Shown here piece after piece: positions 62,823 to 64,000 of a stretch of 64,000 bases of DNA. The DNA is taken from the IMG/VR virus record IMGVR_UViG_3300025108_000015, positions 32,001-96,000 of that record. One strand, given 5' to 3'. Numbering within the stretch: the stretch's first letter is position 1; every line of letters begins with the position of its first letter. The notes beneath the pieces were generated by a model, which made no database searches, was not told the DNA's origin, and saw only the letters and a program-made list of their open reading frames with translations. A program made the position numbers and the translations under genes. This DNA is from a virus.

Positions 62823-63092
62823 ATGAAAACACCAATGCAAAAACTAATTGAAGTGCTGAAAGTCCATAGAGATACGGCATTTGAAAAGGAGAAACAATAC
62901 GAAGACCTTGTATTGACTGAATACTATGAAGGCAGAGCAAAGGCATTTGAAGATGCTATAAGTTTTGCGGAACTACACCTTGAGAAAGAGAAAGATGTGA
63001 TGTGCGACTTTGCAGATGACTATCAAAGGAACTGCTTCCAAAAATCAGCAGATGACTACTTTGAGGAAACCTTTAAAAAAAAAGAGAAATGA
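62823..63092 (+). CDS. MKTPMQ-family small phage protein, paralog A
   Basis: MKTPMQKLIE...EKEK..M...F..KEK. Confidence 0.6.
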   Translation: MKTPMQKLIEVLKVHRDTAFEKEKQYEDLVLTEYYEGRAKAFEDAISFAELHLEKEKDVMCDFADDYQRNCFQKSADDYFEETFKKKEK

Positions 63093-63334
63093 AAACACCA
63101 ATGCAAGAGTTGATTGAGCAACTTGAAAAAGAACACAAGAGATTTTTAGAGGAAGATGATGTGCCTAATTGGTTCTACAAAAACGGAATAAAACAAGCAA
63201 TCAAATACGCTGAATCAATGCTTGATAAAGAGAAAGAGGTGATGGAGTCTGCTTGGCAAGATGGTATGTATGAATGTGACGGAGACGGAACATTTGAAGA
63301 TTTCTACAAAACCTTTAACACCAAAGAGAAATAA
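63089..63334 (+). CDS. MKTPMQ-family small phage protein, paralog B
   Basis: MKTPMQELIE...DKEKE.M...F..KEK. Confidence 0.6.
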   Translation: MKTPMQELIEQLEKEHKRFLEEDDVPNWFYKNGIKQAIKYAESMLDKEKEVMESAWQDGMYECDGDGTFEDFYKTFNTKEK

Positions 63335-63360
63335 AATAATAATTGCTAAATAAGTAGTAT

Positions 63361-63528
63361 ATGAAGTATACACAAGGGTATATCCCAAAAATTAAGTACT
63401 GGTACGGAGTACTAAAGACAGCCGAAGGAGCAACGGCTATGAATCATGCTCTGAGTAAGATGAACTACTTCCAAAATAGACACTATGAAGTGTATGGGGA
63501 GTGGATATCAGTAGATGACCTTATCTAA
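63361..63528 (+). CDS. 55-aa protein, paralog B (GYIPKI.YW family); missed by ORF track
   Basis: My translation: MKYTQGYIPKIKYWYGVLKTAEGATAMNHALSKMNYFQNRHYEVYGEWISVDDLI. Confidence 0.6.
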   Translation: MKYTQGYIPKIKYWYGVLKTAEGATAMNHALSKMNYFQNRHYEVYGEWISVDDLI

Positions 63529-63532
63529 GGAA

Positions 63533-63570
63533 CTAAGCCGTTCCACCCCCGTAAACCATTATAGGTGATG
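63533..63570 (+). repeat. 38-bp exact direct repeat, copy 2
   Basis: Identical to 62522-62559. Confidence 0.85.
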
Positions 63571-63792
63571 AAAGAGACTCGTGTGGGGGGTGGGGGCATT
63601 TTAACGTAACCCTCTAGCAATCAAGCTGTTAGAAGGGGCTGGGGTCGGTTTTCCTATCGAGCCTGGTTTTTTTGGATGGAAAAGAAGTCCCCTCCACGCT
63701 TGGATACACCAAAGTGAGATGATATTAAAATACCTAATGTTAATATATGGGTAATACTTGTTAATAACCTGTCAATACTTTCAGAGATATTG

Positions 63793-63824
63793 TTTGGTTA
63801 TACAAGTATATTGTTGTATATTAG
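63793..63824 (+). promoter_or_regulatory. Bacteroidota sigma70-like promoter
   Basis: TTTG(63793)-N20-TATATTAG(63817). Confidence 0.75.
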
Positions 63825-63847
63825 TAGAGTAATAAGAGATAAGAGTT

Positions 63848-64000
63848 ATGACGTATTTAATTGACCCACAAGATTTAGTCCTTAGAGCATGGACACGTAT
63901 TAAAGGTTTCAATGACATGGTTATTGGTAACGACATTGAATCACACACACTATTAGAACTAGCAACTGAGGTTTCTGAAGAGTGGACTAACGATTGGGAT
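63848..64000 (+). CDS. Hypothetical protein (3'-truncated by window edge)
   Basis: GAGTTATG start; frame open to the end of the window. Confidence 0.5.
   Translation, partial: MTYLIDPQDLVLRAWTRIKGFNDMVIGNDIESHTLLELATEVSEEWTNDWD

Noticed and set aside
62522-63570. 38-bp exact repeat as a CRISPR array
   Set aside because: Only two copies, ~1 kb apart with whole genes between them, and no regular spacers.
62522-63600. Match of the 38-mer to the fluoride riboswitch, hammerhead, twister or pistol ribozymes
   Set aside because: Fragments resemble them (TAAACC...GGTGATG, TGATGA, CTAAGC), but the required order, stems and pseudoknot partners are missing.
1-64000. Stop-codon reassignment, inteins or group I introns
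   Set aside because: Genes tile densely under code 11 using TAA, TAG and TGA stops. PolB, clamp loader and GroEL have normal lengths with no insertions.
1-64000. tRNA or rRNA genes
   Set aside because: I found no cloverleaf with a GTTC(G/A)A T-loop in the few intergenic gaps. A tRNAscan-SE run would be needed to be certain.

Overview
All family assignments below come from motifs recognised by eye; no database was searched. The window looks like a 64-kb segment of a large lytic, T4-like or jumbo-type dsDNA phage. Essentially every credible gene is on the + strand and uses the standard code 11. The host is most likely Bacteroidota (Flavobacteriia-like), for four reasons. (1) Sixteen promoters match TTTG-N20-TAnnTTAG, close to the Bacteroidota -33/-7 consensus. 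(2) Many starts are A-rich AAGTTATG with no Shine-Dalgarno site. (3) Signal peptides follow the Bacteroidota Q-rule. (4) One protein carries a clear T9SS C-terminal sorting domain and a second carries a reduced one. Layout: 0-14 kb is a replication operon (PolB, clamp, clamp loader, Cas4-like exonuclease) interleaved with candidate DNA-modification genes (two Mom-like GNATs, a solo DUF4338, a GT-B glycosyltransferase, MazG and DUF1599). 14-35 kb holds a carbamoyltransferase and a ~19-kb glycan-biosynthesis island that includes nonulosonic-acid genes. 35-41.6 kb holds an amidase plus a cell-envelope module (T9SS cargo, beta-barrel, thioredoxin-like and membrane proteins). 41.6-48 kb holds probable head-packaged enzymes, ClpS and modifying enzymes. 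48-61 kb holds early-type small genes, GroES/GroEL/J-domain chaperones and host-like auxiliary genes. 61-61.7 kb is non-coding, with paired DnaA boxes (candidate origin). 62-64 kb holds a duplicated cassette with a candidate structured RNA. The strongest leads are the phage-encoded T9SS/envelope module, the multi-enzyme DNA-modification cluster, the oriC-like region, the TTAACA-repeat promoter regulon and the duplicated RNA-like element.
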